DNA of 64,000 nt from Candidatus Kaiserbacteria bacterium RIFCSPLOWO2_01_FULL_45_25 (GCA_001781415.1 MFLT01000003.1:6672-70671), one strand, 5' to 3'; positions 48,272-57,095 are shown, counted from the first letter of the stretch. Translations and numbers: made by a program. The notes: generated by a model not told the origin, from the letters alone.

Positions 48272-48695
48272 CATCGGTATTAAACAAACGACCACTTCTC
48301 AGGAAGTGGTCGTTTGTTTAATAGAAAGCAAAGAGTTTTGCTTTCGTACCGATGTGACAGTCGGAGCACTGTGAGCTTGCGAACAAGCGAGACGGGGTCG
48401 AGAGTACTTAGATTTTTATGAGTAAAACGAAATAAAAAGCTTAGTAACTCGTGACCACAGGAGTGACCACCAATGTTGCCTGCGGCCTGCTGTGAGGCCG
48501 CAGCGATGCCGGAGGCGAGCGAGGCGGGGTCGAGAGTACTTAGCAGAATCTGAGCTTTGCGAAAGATTATGCTTAGATAAAACTTTCTGGGAGATAGTTT
48601 TATCGTGGCACAAATGCAGAACTGAGTGGAGCGAAGACCTTATTTAACGAGCTTGCGAGCTTAGAAACTTGACCCCGATTCTCCGTAGGGTCACA
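48272..48695 (+). repeat. tRNA fold-back array (Glu locus) with three stacked cores
   Basis: 25-nt insert 48323-48347; cores at about 48359-48456, 48497-48609 and 48640-48676; direct CGATTCTCCGTAGGGTCACA at 48676-48695. Confidence 0.87.
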
Positions 48696-48774
48696 CTTTT
48701 TTGAGCTATATAATAAGACTTGTTTTATACCCAAAGAATACTCTGGAATCATTTTTGTGGTGTAGACTTAATAT

Positions 48775-49437
48775 ATGAAAAATATATTCATTGTAGTTTT
48801 ATTGATACTACTATCGGGGGTAGGAGTATTTATTTATACAAATGTAAAAAATAATGATTTACCCTCAAATGAAAAGGTTACCTACACTAATAATTTACTT
48901 GGTTATTCAGTAGTTTTACCAGATGGATATGAAGTGGCTGAAGAATATACAAAATTTGTTAATCAAGACCTTGAATTAGGATCTATAACATATGAAGATA
49001 AAGTTTTTGATATCCAACGAGCAGAAATTATTGTCTTTTCTCCTGACACAATAGAAGAGCAGCTAGAGACAATAAATAGAGCATCATCATATTCAAACGA
49101 AGGTAAAATGCTTACTCAAGAACCAAACTACATCTATATTGAACCAAATCCAGTTTCACCAGAGATAAGAAATCGTTTAGAGGAGAAACTACAAGAAATA
49201 AACCCAAAAGATGAAGATGGATTCCGTCTAGCTAATACACCTTTAATGTTTAGTGCGGAAAAAGTACAAGAAAGAATTATAAAGACAGTTTTGCTTGAAG
49301 AGACAAAAAAATACTATGTCAACGAAAGTTACAATGATACTGGATATCAAGAGGTGTATGGCTTAGACATTGTTGTTCCAAATAATAATGAGGCTAAACA
49401 AATTGTAGCCAAGATGATAGCTAGTCTAGAATATTAG
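48775..49437 (+). CDS. AT-rich exported hypothetical protein
   Basis: N-terminal TM; YTNNLLGYSVVLP motif; flanked by tRNA-Glu T-arm repeats. Confidence 0.7.
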   Translation: MKNIFIVVLLILLSGVGVFIYTNVKNNDLPSNEKVTYTNNLLGYSVVLPDGYEVAEEYTKFVNQDLELGSITYEDKVFDIQRAEIIVFSPDTIEEQLETINRASSYSNEGKMLTQEPNYIYIEPNPVSPEIRNRLEEKLQEINPKDEDGFRLANTPLMFSAEKVQERIIKTVLLEETKKYYVNESYNDTGYQEVYGLDIVVPNNNEAKQIVAKMIASLEY

Positions 49438-49650
49438 TAATTGTTATCTACTTCCCAAACCCCTCCAAGACTTCATCTCCTTAACAAGTTGGTTCCAATT
49501 CGTAATACTTAGTGTCACAACGGGTACAGAAAAAGCGGGACGATTCTCCGTAGATTAACATTGACAAACAGCACATAACGTGCTATTGTGTCAACAATGT
49601 CCGCCCAGAAAGCGACAGTGTCCCTATCAACACCACCTGGAGAAAGTCTC

Positions 49651-49959
49651 ATGGAACTCGTCAAAGTCTCCTCTCCCGTTTCCCGTGTCCGCAAGTTCGT
49701 GTCGCGCGTGCATTGGCCGAGTCGTCGGCAAGTCGCTAAGCGTGGTTGCGACCCCTATGTCGAATTCGACATCCGTGGAAGGACCTACCGCGCGCACTTC
49801 ATCGCAACGGCCGACATGAAAACGGAGCGTACGCACAGCGTGTACGTGACGGCGCAGGGGCCGAACATCAAGGTCTCGTCAATCGACGACTCGGGCCTGC
49901 AGGTCGGCAAGGTCTTTGTGGTCTACGAAGACCCTTTTGCTCTCCTGAAGTACGCCTGA
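49651..49959 (+). CDS. Hypothetical protein (GC-rich cassette)
   Basis: TTGACA-17-TATTGT promoter, GGAG SD before ATG 49651, terminator. Start could instead be 49597. Confidence 0.6.
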   Translation: MELVKVSSPVSRVRKFVSRVHWPSRRQVAKRGCDPYVEFDIRGRTYRAHFIATADMKTERTHSVYVTAQGPNIKVSSIDDSGLQVGKVFVVYEDPFALLKYA

Positions 49960-50127
49960 ACCAACAGCACTGAGCACCAGCTCGCAAAAACAACTCCTAG
50001 GAGTTCGCTTCTGCGAGCTGTTTTTGTTTATAAAATCTGAATTGCTTCTATAGCCGGATAACTGTTACCTGTAGCATTTAAAAAACCGTCCCGAAGGACG
50101 GCTTTGTGCTTGTGGCGGCAGGAGCCA

Positions 50128-50544
50128 CTAGGACGGGAACTTATTGTACACATCTAGTTTTATATCCAAAACCAGACTATTTAATTTGAGAAACATATCC
50201 TCTATCACTTCCTCCGCTTCGTCCAAGCTTTGGTGAATAAGCGTAAGACGTTGACTCATCAAAGTGGTGATTTGTTCGCTGGTCAAATTCTCATCAGCCG
50301 AGTCAACCAAAGACTGGCACATCTCTTTTTCCAGCAAAGAAAACTCGGTCCTAACCAAGGCGAGATAATCACTCTGTCTGATAAAAAACCACTCCTCAAG
50401 CCTTTGCAGCCTGTCCAAAATGGCCACCAACTCCTGTTTGTATGTGGCCTTTCCTTCAAATAGATTTTTAAGCAACAACTCCTCGATCAGGAGGAAGTGC
50501 CGGGCAAAAAACACAAATTCCTTAAGAGTGAATTTGTTGTCCAT
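50128..50544 (-). CDS. Hypothetical helical protein
   Basis: AGGAGGTG SD; leader shared with 52026-52481. Confidence 0.65.
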   Translation of the reverse strand: MDNKFTLKEFVFFARHFLLIEELLLKNLFEGKATYKQELVAILDRLQRLEEWFFIRQSDYLALVRTEFSLLEKEMCQSLVDSADENLTSEQITTLMSQRLTLIHQSLDEAEEVIEDMFLKLNSLVLDIKLDVYNKFPS

Positions 50545-50674
50545 AATCACCTCCTGTTTTAGGTACCGCTCCAAAATGGGAGTTCTAAACCTATTAAACA
50601 CTTATCTTCCCTATAATTCAAATTATTAAAATCAAAACAGCTCGACTTTAGTCGAGCTGTTTTTTCTATTTTCT

Positions 50675-51904
50675 CTACAACCCTTTAGCTTTATACCCAG
50701 CAATTTCTTTCTTCAACTCCACCATTTTCAACTCCCGATTAATCATCATCTTATTCATTTTTTCTGTCTCTTCTAAGCGTTTTTTCAAAATTTCCCCAAT
50801 CTCTCGCACTTTTTCATTTGATTCATCTTCCGCTTTTTCGGCGGCAACAATTTTATCGAGCAGACCATTTATAGATGATGCCAGCACCCCAATTTCATCA
50901 TTAGTCCCTTCTTTGATTCGAATAGATAAATCTTTTTTATCACCTATCTGCCTCACTTTCTTTTCTAGTCTAGTGAAGCGGGCCACCACAAAGAGTTCAA
51001 GAAGCACAATGAGAATTAGTCCGAAAAAGATTAAGAGAGCGCTGGTAGCAATCATATAAAAAGACAGAGTGGCCTTTCCTTGCATATACACGTCTCTAGT
51101 CTCTTCTATCTTTAAAGTGATTAGTGGTTTCCCATAATAATCATTGATTACTTTATATGCAGCGATAGACGCTTCAGACAGTGGACTAACGAACTGATTA
51201 TTCTCAGTTGTTAGAGACTGCTCAGCAGCTATAACATCAGCAGGAGAATCTGGACTTCCGTATGGAAAGACTTCCAAGTTAAGATGAGTGAGAGCACGAA
51301 TCTTGGCAATAACGTTTTTATCTATAAAGGTTCCGAACGTAAGGCTGCCGTGGATTGGACCTTCCCCGGCACTCGTTAATATCGGGAGTGAAGTAAATAA
51401 AAATGGCCCGTTAGTGAATTGCAAAATACCAGAAATAGAACTCTCAGTATCAGGATGAGTTATCAGTTCACGATGTGATTCAAAGTATTCTCTTATTTCG
51501 GTGGAGTCTACCTCTTCCTCAGTCTTACTATCAATGACTCGTATAAACACGACACCACCTTCTGGATTAGCAAAAATCATCGAGTTTATTTCAAGATTGG
51601 CTATGCTGTATGACTTGAGATTGGAGTCGTAATATTCTTGATTTAAATCAGTAACAAATTGATAAGTATCGTCCCAAGTTGCCCAGTCCTGCAGCTTTAC
51701 AGTTAGCTGAGGGAAAAGGTTTTTAATAGCATCATCAGCTCTTTCCAGATCCTTAATTATTTCTTTGGTTTCAATATTTGAATAACTTTGCGGATGGATT
51801 TTAGAAGAAACTACGTAAAGAGTTGAAGCTAGACACAAAATAGATACCAAAATAACCAGAATCATTTTCTGGGTAATAGACAGATCCTTTAGTTTTTGAA
51901 ACAT
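50675..51904 (-). CDS. CHASE4-like + HAMP membrane sensor without output domain
   Basis: DWATWDDTYQFV, PILTS.GEGP..GSL, HAMP NDEIGVLA; ends RELKMVELKKEI. Confidence 0.8.
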   Translation of the reverse strand: MFQKLKDLSITQKMILVILVSILCLASTLYVVSSKIHPQSYSNIETKEIIKDLERADDAIKNLFPQLTVKLQDWATWDDTYQFVTDLNQEYYDSNLKSYSIANLEINSMIFANPEGGVVFIRVIDSKTEEEVDSTEIREYFESHRELITHPDTESSISGILQFTNGPFLFTSLPILTSAGEGPIHGSLTFGTFIDKNVIAKIRALTHLNLEVFPYGSPDSPADVIAAEQSLTTENNQFVSPLSEASIAAYKVINDYYGKPLITLKIEETRDVYMQGKATLSFYMIATSALLIFFGLILIVLLELFVVARFTRLEKKVRQIGDKKDLSIRIKEGTNDEIGVLASSINGLLDKIVAAEKAEDESNEKVREIGEILKKRLEETEKMNKMMINRELKMVELKKEIAGYKAKGL

Positions 51905-52025
51905 ACAATTACTATTGAGTATATAACTTTGCCTTATTAAGACAACGATTTATATACACCTATCAATCACTTAAATATTAAAATTGAAAACAGCTCGACC
52001 AAGGTCGAGCTGTTTGATTTGAGCT

Positions 52026-52481
52026 TCAGCGCCGCTTCTTGCGAGCTGGCAATGAAACGCCGTACGTGATCGTGAGTTCACAAGTGATCTTACTGACCAT
52101 TTTAATGTATACGGCCTGCACCTGCATAACACTTGCTTCAAATTCGGCTGCTTGAACCGCCCACTTCGATACGTCAGCAGTCAGAGCTTTTTTCTGCTCT
52201 TGAAGACCCAAGTCAGGTGGGCGAATCTTTTCTGTAAAAGCAGTCCAGTGAATATTATCTACTGCAGCCAAGAAGAGCTCGTCTTGCCGACTCACGTAAT
52301 CAGCCAAAATTGATTCAAAGCCAGATTCCAGCTCCGTAACAAAATCAGTGCAGGCGTTACGCACAATGAGTGCCTGTATGTACTGAGCTTCTTTGGGGAG
52401 TACTTTTATTTTATCGTTGGCTGCCCTAAGCGCAGCCAGGCGTTGTTTCCAAACACTAAAATACTTGTCCAGATTAATCAT
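52026..52481 (-). CDS. Hypothetical helical protein
   Basis: GGAGGTG SD; own terminator. Confidence 0.65.
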   Translation of the reverse strand: MINLDKYFSVWKQRLAALRAANDKIKVLPKEAQYIQALIVRNACTDFVTELESGFESILADYVSRQDELFLAAVDNIHWTAFTEKIRPPDLGLQEQKKALTADVSKWAVQAAEFEASVMQVQAVYIKMVSKITCELTITYGVSLPARKKRR

Positions 52482-52599
52482 CACACACCTCCGCGGTTTC
52501 AAAGACCCGCTCCAAAATGGGAGTTCTACACTAATTAGATTCCTGTCCAGGTACTATGTCAAGAAAAAAGTCGAGCATAACGCCCGACTTTTTTGAGGA

Positions 52600-53010
52600 C
52601 TACATCCCAAGCAGTAGTTGCCGCTCATTTGATACCAGCTGCCTCAGCTCGGCAATCTTATCAGCAATCCGCTCGCGCGTCTCAGTCACTTCAGCCTCCA
52701 GACCAGATAGCTGGGCGGCAAAGACAAACCTTGACTCAACTCTGTTGGTAGACTTGTCCATTTGGAGCAACTCGCCCTCTGACTTTTGCATAAGCGAAAA
52801 TGAAGCCATCACTTGGCCAAGCTCCCCGAGCATCATTCGCTCAGCTGAACGCAAGACCAAGTCCAGACTATCAAGTTCGTAACGAATACCAGCACGCAAT
52901 TTGAGCTTGTCCTCCTCTGGCAAACCAAGTTGCAACAAGAGGCGCGCGGTACGCTCACACTGATCTACTATCAGGCGAGCCAGAGTTTCTATCACATCAA
53001 GTGAGTTCAC
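52600..53010 (-). CDS. Hypothetical coiled-coil protein
   Basis: GGAGGTG SD before GTG; TTGACC promoter upstream. Confidence 0.6.
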   Translation of the reverse strand: MNSLDVIETLARLIVDQCERTARLLLQLGLPEEDKLKLRAGIRYELDSLDLVLRSAERMMLGELGQVMASFSLMQKSEGELLQMDKSTNRVESRFVFAAQLSGLEAEVTETRERIADKIAELRQLVSNERQLLLGM

Positions 53011-53132
53011 AGCACACCTCCGTAGGTTAAGACAATCTATGACTATATAACTCCTAAAGGCAATGTTGGTCAAGCTTGCTTATATTTGAAAATAGGCGCC
53101 AATGGCGCCTATTTTCAAACAGCATGAACTAA

Positions 53133-53228
53133 TTAAGCCACAATCCCACCCCAGTACTTACCAACCGTAAATGCAAAACAAAGTGTAATAGCCCAAATAA
53201 CGAGTTGATCTGTAGTTATATTTTTCAT
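53133..53228 (-). CDS. 31-aa single-TM peptide MKNITTDQLVIWAITLCFAFTVGKYWGGIVA (not in ORF track)
   Basis: ATG..TAA filling the intergenic space; TAGAAT upstream; terminator at about 53086-53119. Confidence 0.45.
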   Translation of the reverse strand: MKNITTDQLVIWAITLCFAFTVGKYWGGIVA

Positions 53229-53299
53229 AGTGATTATTTAAAAACTCTACTACTATTCTACACCGCCTAGAGATATACCCCTTCACAGATATAAACAGA

Positions 53300-55114
53300 C
53301 TATTCAACCGTCACGCTCTTGGCCAAGTTTCTTGGACGGTCAACATTAAGTCCTTTAGCTACACCAACATGGTAAGCAAAGAGCTGTAATGGCAACACTG
53401 CCACAATTGGCTGAAGTAGTGGATGAACCTTTGGCATATAAATAACGTCATCAGCTACGGCTGAGATTTGTAGATCTCCCTCCGTGGCCAATGCCACTAC
53501 TGGCGCTAGACGAGCTCGGACTTCTTCGATATTTGAAATCATTTTTTCATACACATCGTTTTGCGGCACAATAGCCAGTACAGGGAAATCTTTATCGAGC
53601 ATGGCAATTGGGCCATGCTTTAATTCCCCGCCCGCATACGCCTCAGCGTGAATGTACGAAACCTCTTTCAACTTAAGAGCGCCTTCATAGGCAATTGGCG
53701 AATGAAACGTTCGTCCGATATACATAAAGTCTCTATATTGTGCATACTTCTTGGCCACCTTAGCAATCTCATCGTTCTTCTTTAGGACCGCCCGCATGGT
53801 CTCAGGTAGTGACTGCAAAGCTTTAACAATATCCAAACCTTCTGCCTTGGACATACCTCGCTGGCGCCCCAGGTATAGAGCCATGAGAGCAAAAGCAGTA
53901 AGTTGTGATATATAGGCCTTGGTCGACGCTACTGCCACCTCTGGGCCAGCGTGATTATAGATACCAGCATCTACCTCACGCGCAATGGCTGAGCCGACCA
54001 CGTTTACCATACCAAGGGTGAGCATCTGCATACTCTTGGCTTTTTCAACTGAAGCTCTGGTATCGGCCGTTTCACCAGACTGACTCACAAACAACGCTGC
54101 CGCTTTTTTGTCTGGGTAAGTCTTTTTGTAACGATACTCACTGCCGAGCTCTACCTCAACCGGGATATGAGCATACTCTTCTAGCATGTACCGCCCCACC
54201 TCTCCGGCATAGTACGCAGAGCCGCAACCAATAATATGCAGTCTCTGAATATGTTTAATGCGTTCTTCAACCATCTCCAATCCGCCGAGTTTGGCAGTAC
54301 CCTCTTCGACATTGAGTCGGCCTCGAAGGGTGTTCAAGACCACCTCTGGTGCCTCAAACATTTCTTTCAGCATGAAGTGAGCAAAACCGTTTTTTTGTAC
54401 TGCCTCATGTTCCCATTCCACTATCTCAGATTTTTTGGTTTTCTTTTCGCCTCGGATAGTAGTTACTTCAAAAGAATCTTTGCTCACACTAGCTATTTCA
54501 CCGTCATCCAAATACACCACCCGTTTGGTGTGTACCAGGAGTGCAGAAGGATCGGAGGCAATAAAGTTTCCTTCTTTTCCGAGACCAAGCACAATCGGGC
54601 TTCCCATTCTTGCCACGATGATTTTGTTTGGTTCGTGTTCACTCACCACCGCCAGACCATACGTACCACGCACCGCTCGCAAGGCCAAGCGTGTAGCTTC
54701 GAGTAAGTCACCTTTATAAAACGAACCGATGAGCTTAACCAACACTTCGGTATCCGTCTCAGAATAAAAAGTAATTCCCTGTACGGCCAGTCCTTCTTTA
54801 AGTTCACGGTAATTTTCAATAATGCCGTTATGGACCAGCCAAATCCGTCCACTCATATCGTGGTGTGGATGAGCATTCTTTTCTGATGGGGCACCGTGGG
54901 TAGCCCAACGAGTATGAGCTATGCCAGCAGTACCTTGGATATCTTTGGGGAGTTTGGCCTCCAGACTACTAATTGGACCAGCGGCTTTTATAACACCGTG
55001 ACCATGGACAAAAATACCAGCTGAGTCATAGCCGCGGTATTCAAGGGTACGTAATCCTTCAAGCAGAAATGGTGCTGCTTTCTCAGTTCCTATGTATCCA
55101 AATATTCCACACAT
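53300..55114 (-). CDS. glmS: Glutamine-fructose-6-phosphate aminotransferase
   Basis: MCGIFG, EYRGYDSAG, HTRWATHG, SQSGETADT, PRNLAKSVTVE. Confidence 0.98.
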   Translation of the reverse strand: MCGIFGYIGTEKAAPFLLEGLRTLEYRGYDSAGIFVHGHGVIKAAGPISSLEAKLPKDIQGTAGIAHTRWATHGAPSEKNAHPHHDMSGRIWLVHNGIIENYRELKEGLAVQGITFYSETDTEVLVKLIGSFYKGDLLEATRLALRAVRGTYGLAVVSEHEPNKIIVARMGSPIVLGLGKEGNFIASDPSALLVHTKRVVYLDDGEIASVSKDSFEVTTIRGEKKTKKSEIVEWEHEAVQKNGFAHFMLKEMFEAPEVVLNTLRGRLNVEEGTAKLGGLEMVEERIKHIQRLHIIGCGSAYYAGEVGRYMLEEYAHIPVEVELGSEYRYKKTYPDKKAAALFVSQSGETADTRASVEKAKSMQMLTLGMVNVVGSAIAREVDAGIYNHAGPEVAVASTKAYISQLTAFALMALYLGRQRGMSKAEGLDIVKALQSLPETMRAVLKKNDEIAKVAKKYAQYRDFMYIGRTFHSPIAYEGALKLKEVSYIHAEAYAGGELKHGPIAMLDKDFPVLAIVPQNDVYEKMISNIEEVRARLAPVVALATEGDLQISAVADDVIYMPKVHPLLQPIVAVLPLQLFAYHVGVAKGLNVDRPRNLAKSVTVE

Positions 55115-55229
55115 ATATCTAATATTACTCCCATTTTACAGTTTTAGTTACAGCCAGCTCCCAAGAACTTAATATTTCAGTTACCAATAAATTATGCTAT
55201 TATCGTGCCACGCAGAATAGGATAATTAA

Positions 55230-55305
55230 GTCCGATTAGCTCAGCTGGTAGAGCGCTTCGTCGACATCGAAGAGGTCACAGGTTCAAGTCCTGTATCGGA
55301 CACCA
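55230..55305 (+). tRNA. tRNA-Val(GAC), encoded CCA, C33
   Basis: GTCCGAT..ATCGGAC-ACCA; CTTCG-TCGACAT-CGAAG. Confidence 0.92.
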
Positions 55306-55623
55306 TTATAAAAAGCCCCGGGTGGGGCTTTTTATAATGGTGTCTTTAATTGTACCAAGTCCGAACCTGCTTCCAAAACAAATGATGTCATACGCGCCGA
55401 GCTCGTGGTGGTTTTGTACCTCTCCGTGCGCTCAACGTTCGTGGTGACGCCTCGGCCCACGCTAGCAAGCTCGCGTGGCGCACTTACAAAAAATTTTCTT
55501 ATCTTTTTATCGGCTCCTCCGCCGACACCTCCGCCGAAAGGCGAAAAGATATGGAAAAGAAATTTTTGGAGTGCGACGGCACTATCAAGGGAATACAAAA
55601 AGTGATAAAATACGAATACAACT

Positions 55624-56538
55624 ATGGAGAAATACCGACAACCAAAACAGCAATTCTTAACTGGTGCAGAGCTTCTTGAAAGGAACGAAGCGGGACGCGA
55701 ACGTTATAAATTGAAGGCTGGTGCCTATCAATTTGAGTTTGGTTTTCGGAATTTTGGAGAACACGAAGATGACTGGTTATCTCGCGCTAGTGATAGAGCA
55801 TCGGACTGGGAAACTCCGTTTACGTTTGATTATGAGCATCCAAAAGTGGCTGAATTTACAAAAAATCTTTTTCAAGGAGAAAGTAGTTTTGCAAGCCCAG
55901 AGGCAGTACGTGCGCTTGCAGACAGACTCGGACAGTTGATTAGGTCAATGGGCATAAACGAACCAGAATACAACAATAGTTTGAGTGATATTGTGACTTC
56001 TGGGAAAGGTATGTGTGATGCAAAGTCAGTACTATTTGGTTCGTTACTTGCGCGACATACAAACTTGAAAGCACAGGCTATTATTGGGCAGTACGGCAAA
56101 GTGCACGAACGAGTTTCACATCCATTTCATCACCAATGGATGCGTATTAGTGACGGAACGCATGTATATCTCTTTGACCCAATGTATAAACGATTTGCTA
56201 CTTTTGAAAATGAAGGCGATGCGTTTTATCCTCTCGATGAAGAAGATTCTCATTTCAGTAATTTGACTCCCGCTTGCTATCCAGCAGCAAAACTAATGAC
56301 ACAAATGGGCATCAGCCGTTTTGGCGGTGTACAGGTAGTGGAATCGAATAGTGGTGATAGCCATGAGATTTACGTAAGTAGCGAAGAAAGTTTACCTGTT
56401 CAATTGTCAAACAATGCAACATTTTCTTTTGAAATTGATAAAGAAAAAGAATTTGAAATATTCGATGGAGCGATAAAGACGGGTTCGGATGAAACCGCTT
56501 TATATTTTCCTATAAAGGGATTCCGAGAGTTGAAATAA
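55624..56538 (+). CDS. Transglutaminase-like (Cys-His-Asp) protein
   Basis: GKGMCDAKSVL..HHQW..YLFDP. Confidence 0.65.
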   Translation: MEKYRQPKQQFLTGAELLERNEAGRERYKLKAGAYQFEFGFRNFGEHEDDWLSRASDRASDWETPFTFDYEHPKVAEFTKNLFQGESSFASPEAVRALADRLGQLIRSMGINEPEYNNSLSDIVTSGKGMCDAKSVLFGSLLARHTNLKAQAIIGQYGKVHERVSHPFHHQWMRISDGTHVYLFDPMYKRFATFENEGDAFYPLDEEDSHFSNLTPACYPAAKLMTQMGISRFGGVQVVESNSGDSHEIYVSSEESLPVQLSNNATFSFEIDKEKEFEIFDGAIKTGSDETALYFPIKGFRELK

Positions 56539-56543
56539 AATTT

Positions 56544-56936
56544 ATGAACTTCACAGGCGTAATAATTGAAGAAAGCTTGACTGATTTGTCCATTTTGAAC
56601 GAGATAAAAATTGTTTCTACAGAAGTCGAACTAGTCACAGAAGAACATAAAACTCCATGGTTTAGTCAGTGGACTATGCACACTGTTGAAATTACACCAG
56701 AGAGAGTTGTTGGGGTTGCAGAAAAAATTAGCAAAGCCCTAGACCACACACATAATTGGTACGCGGATTTCAAAACTGATAAAGAGCACTTTGTTATTTA
56801 CCGCAACAAAATTTTTCACATCACCGACCGCTCCGACAAAGCGCAATATAACAAAGCGACCGCTTACGGTATTTCAATCGGTATTCCTGATTATCAAGTA
56901 GACTTTTCACCTCACATAACACAGTGGGAGCGATAG
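56544..56936 (+). CDS. Conserved hypothetical protein
   Basis: GVIIEESL, WYADFK, YGISIGIPDYQVDF. Confidence 0.7.
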   Translation: MNFTGVIIEESLTDLSILNEIKIVSTEVELVTEEHKTPWFSQWTMHTVEITPERVVGVAEKISKALDHTHNWYADFKTDKEHFVIYRNKIFHITDRSDKAQYNKATAYGISIGIPDYQVDFSPHITQWER

Positions 56937-57095
56937 TTATGAAAATAACCATCCTTGGAAATTGTGGAAAAAGACACCATTATAAAAAGCCCCACCCGGG
57001 GCTTTTTATAATGGTGTCCGATAAAACAAACGGGCTTACGCACCACCCTCACGCACTCCACTGACTCATATTCAATTCTAAGCTATAATTCTTAT

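Larger units (their letters stand above)
55294..57023. mobile_element. Islet bracketed by a 54-bp perfect inverted repeat (tRNA-Val 3' end + terminator)
   Basis: 55294-55347 is the exact reverse complement of 56970-57023; two AT-rich genes lie inside. Confidence 0.6.

Noticed and set aside
55115-55229. glmS ribozyme
   Set aside because: The upstream region is short and AT-rich, holds divergent promoters, and shows no ribozyme core.
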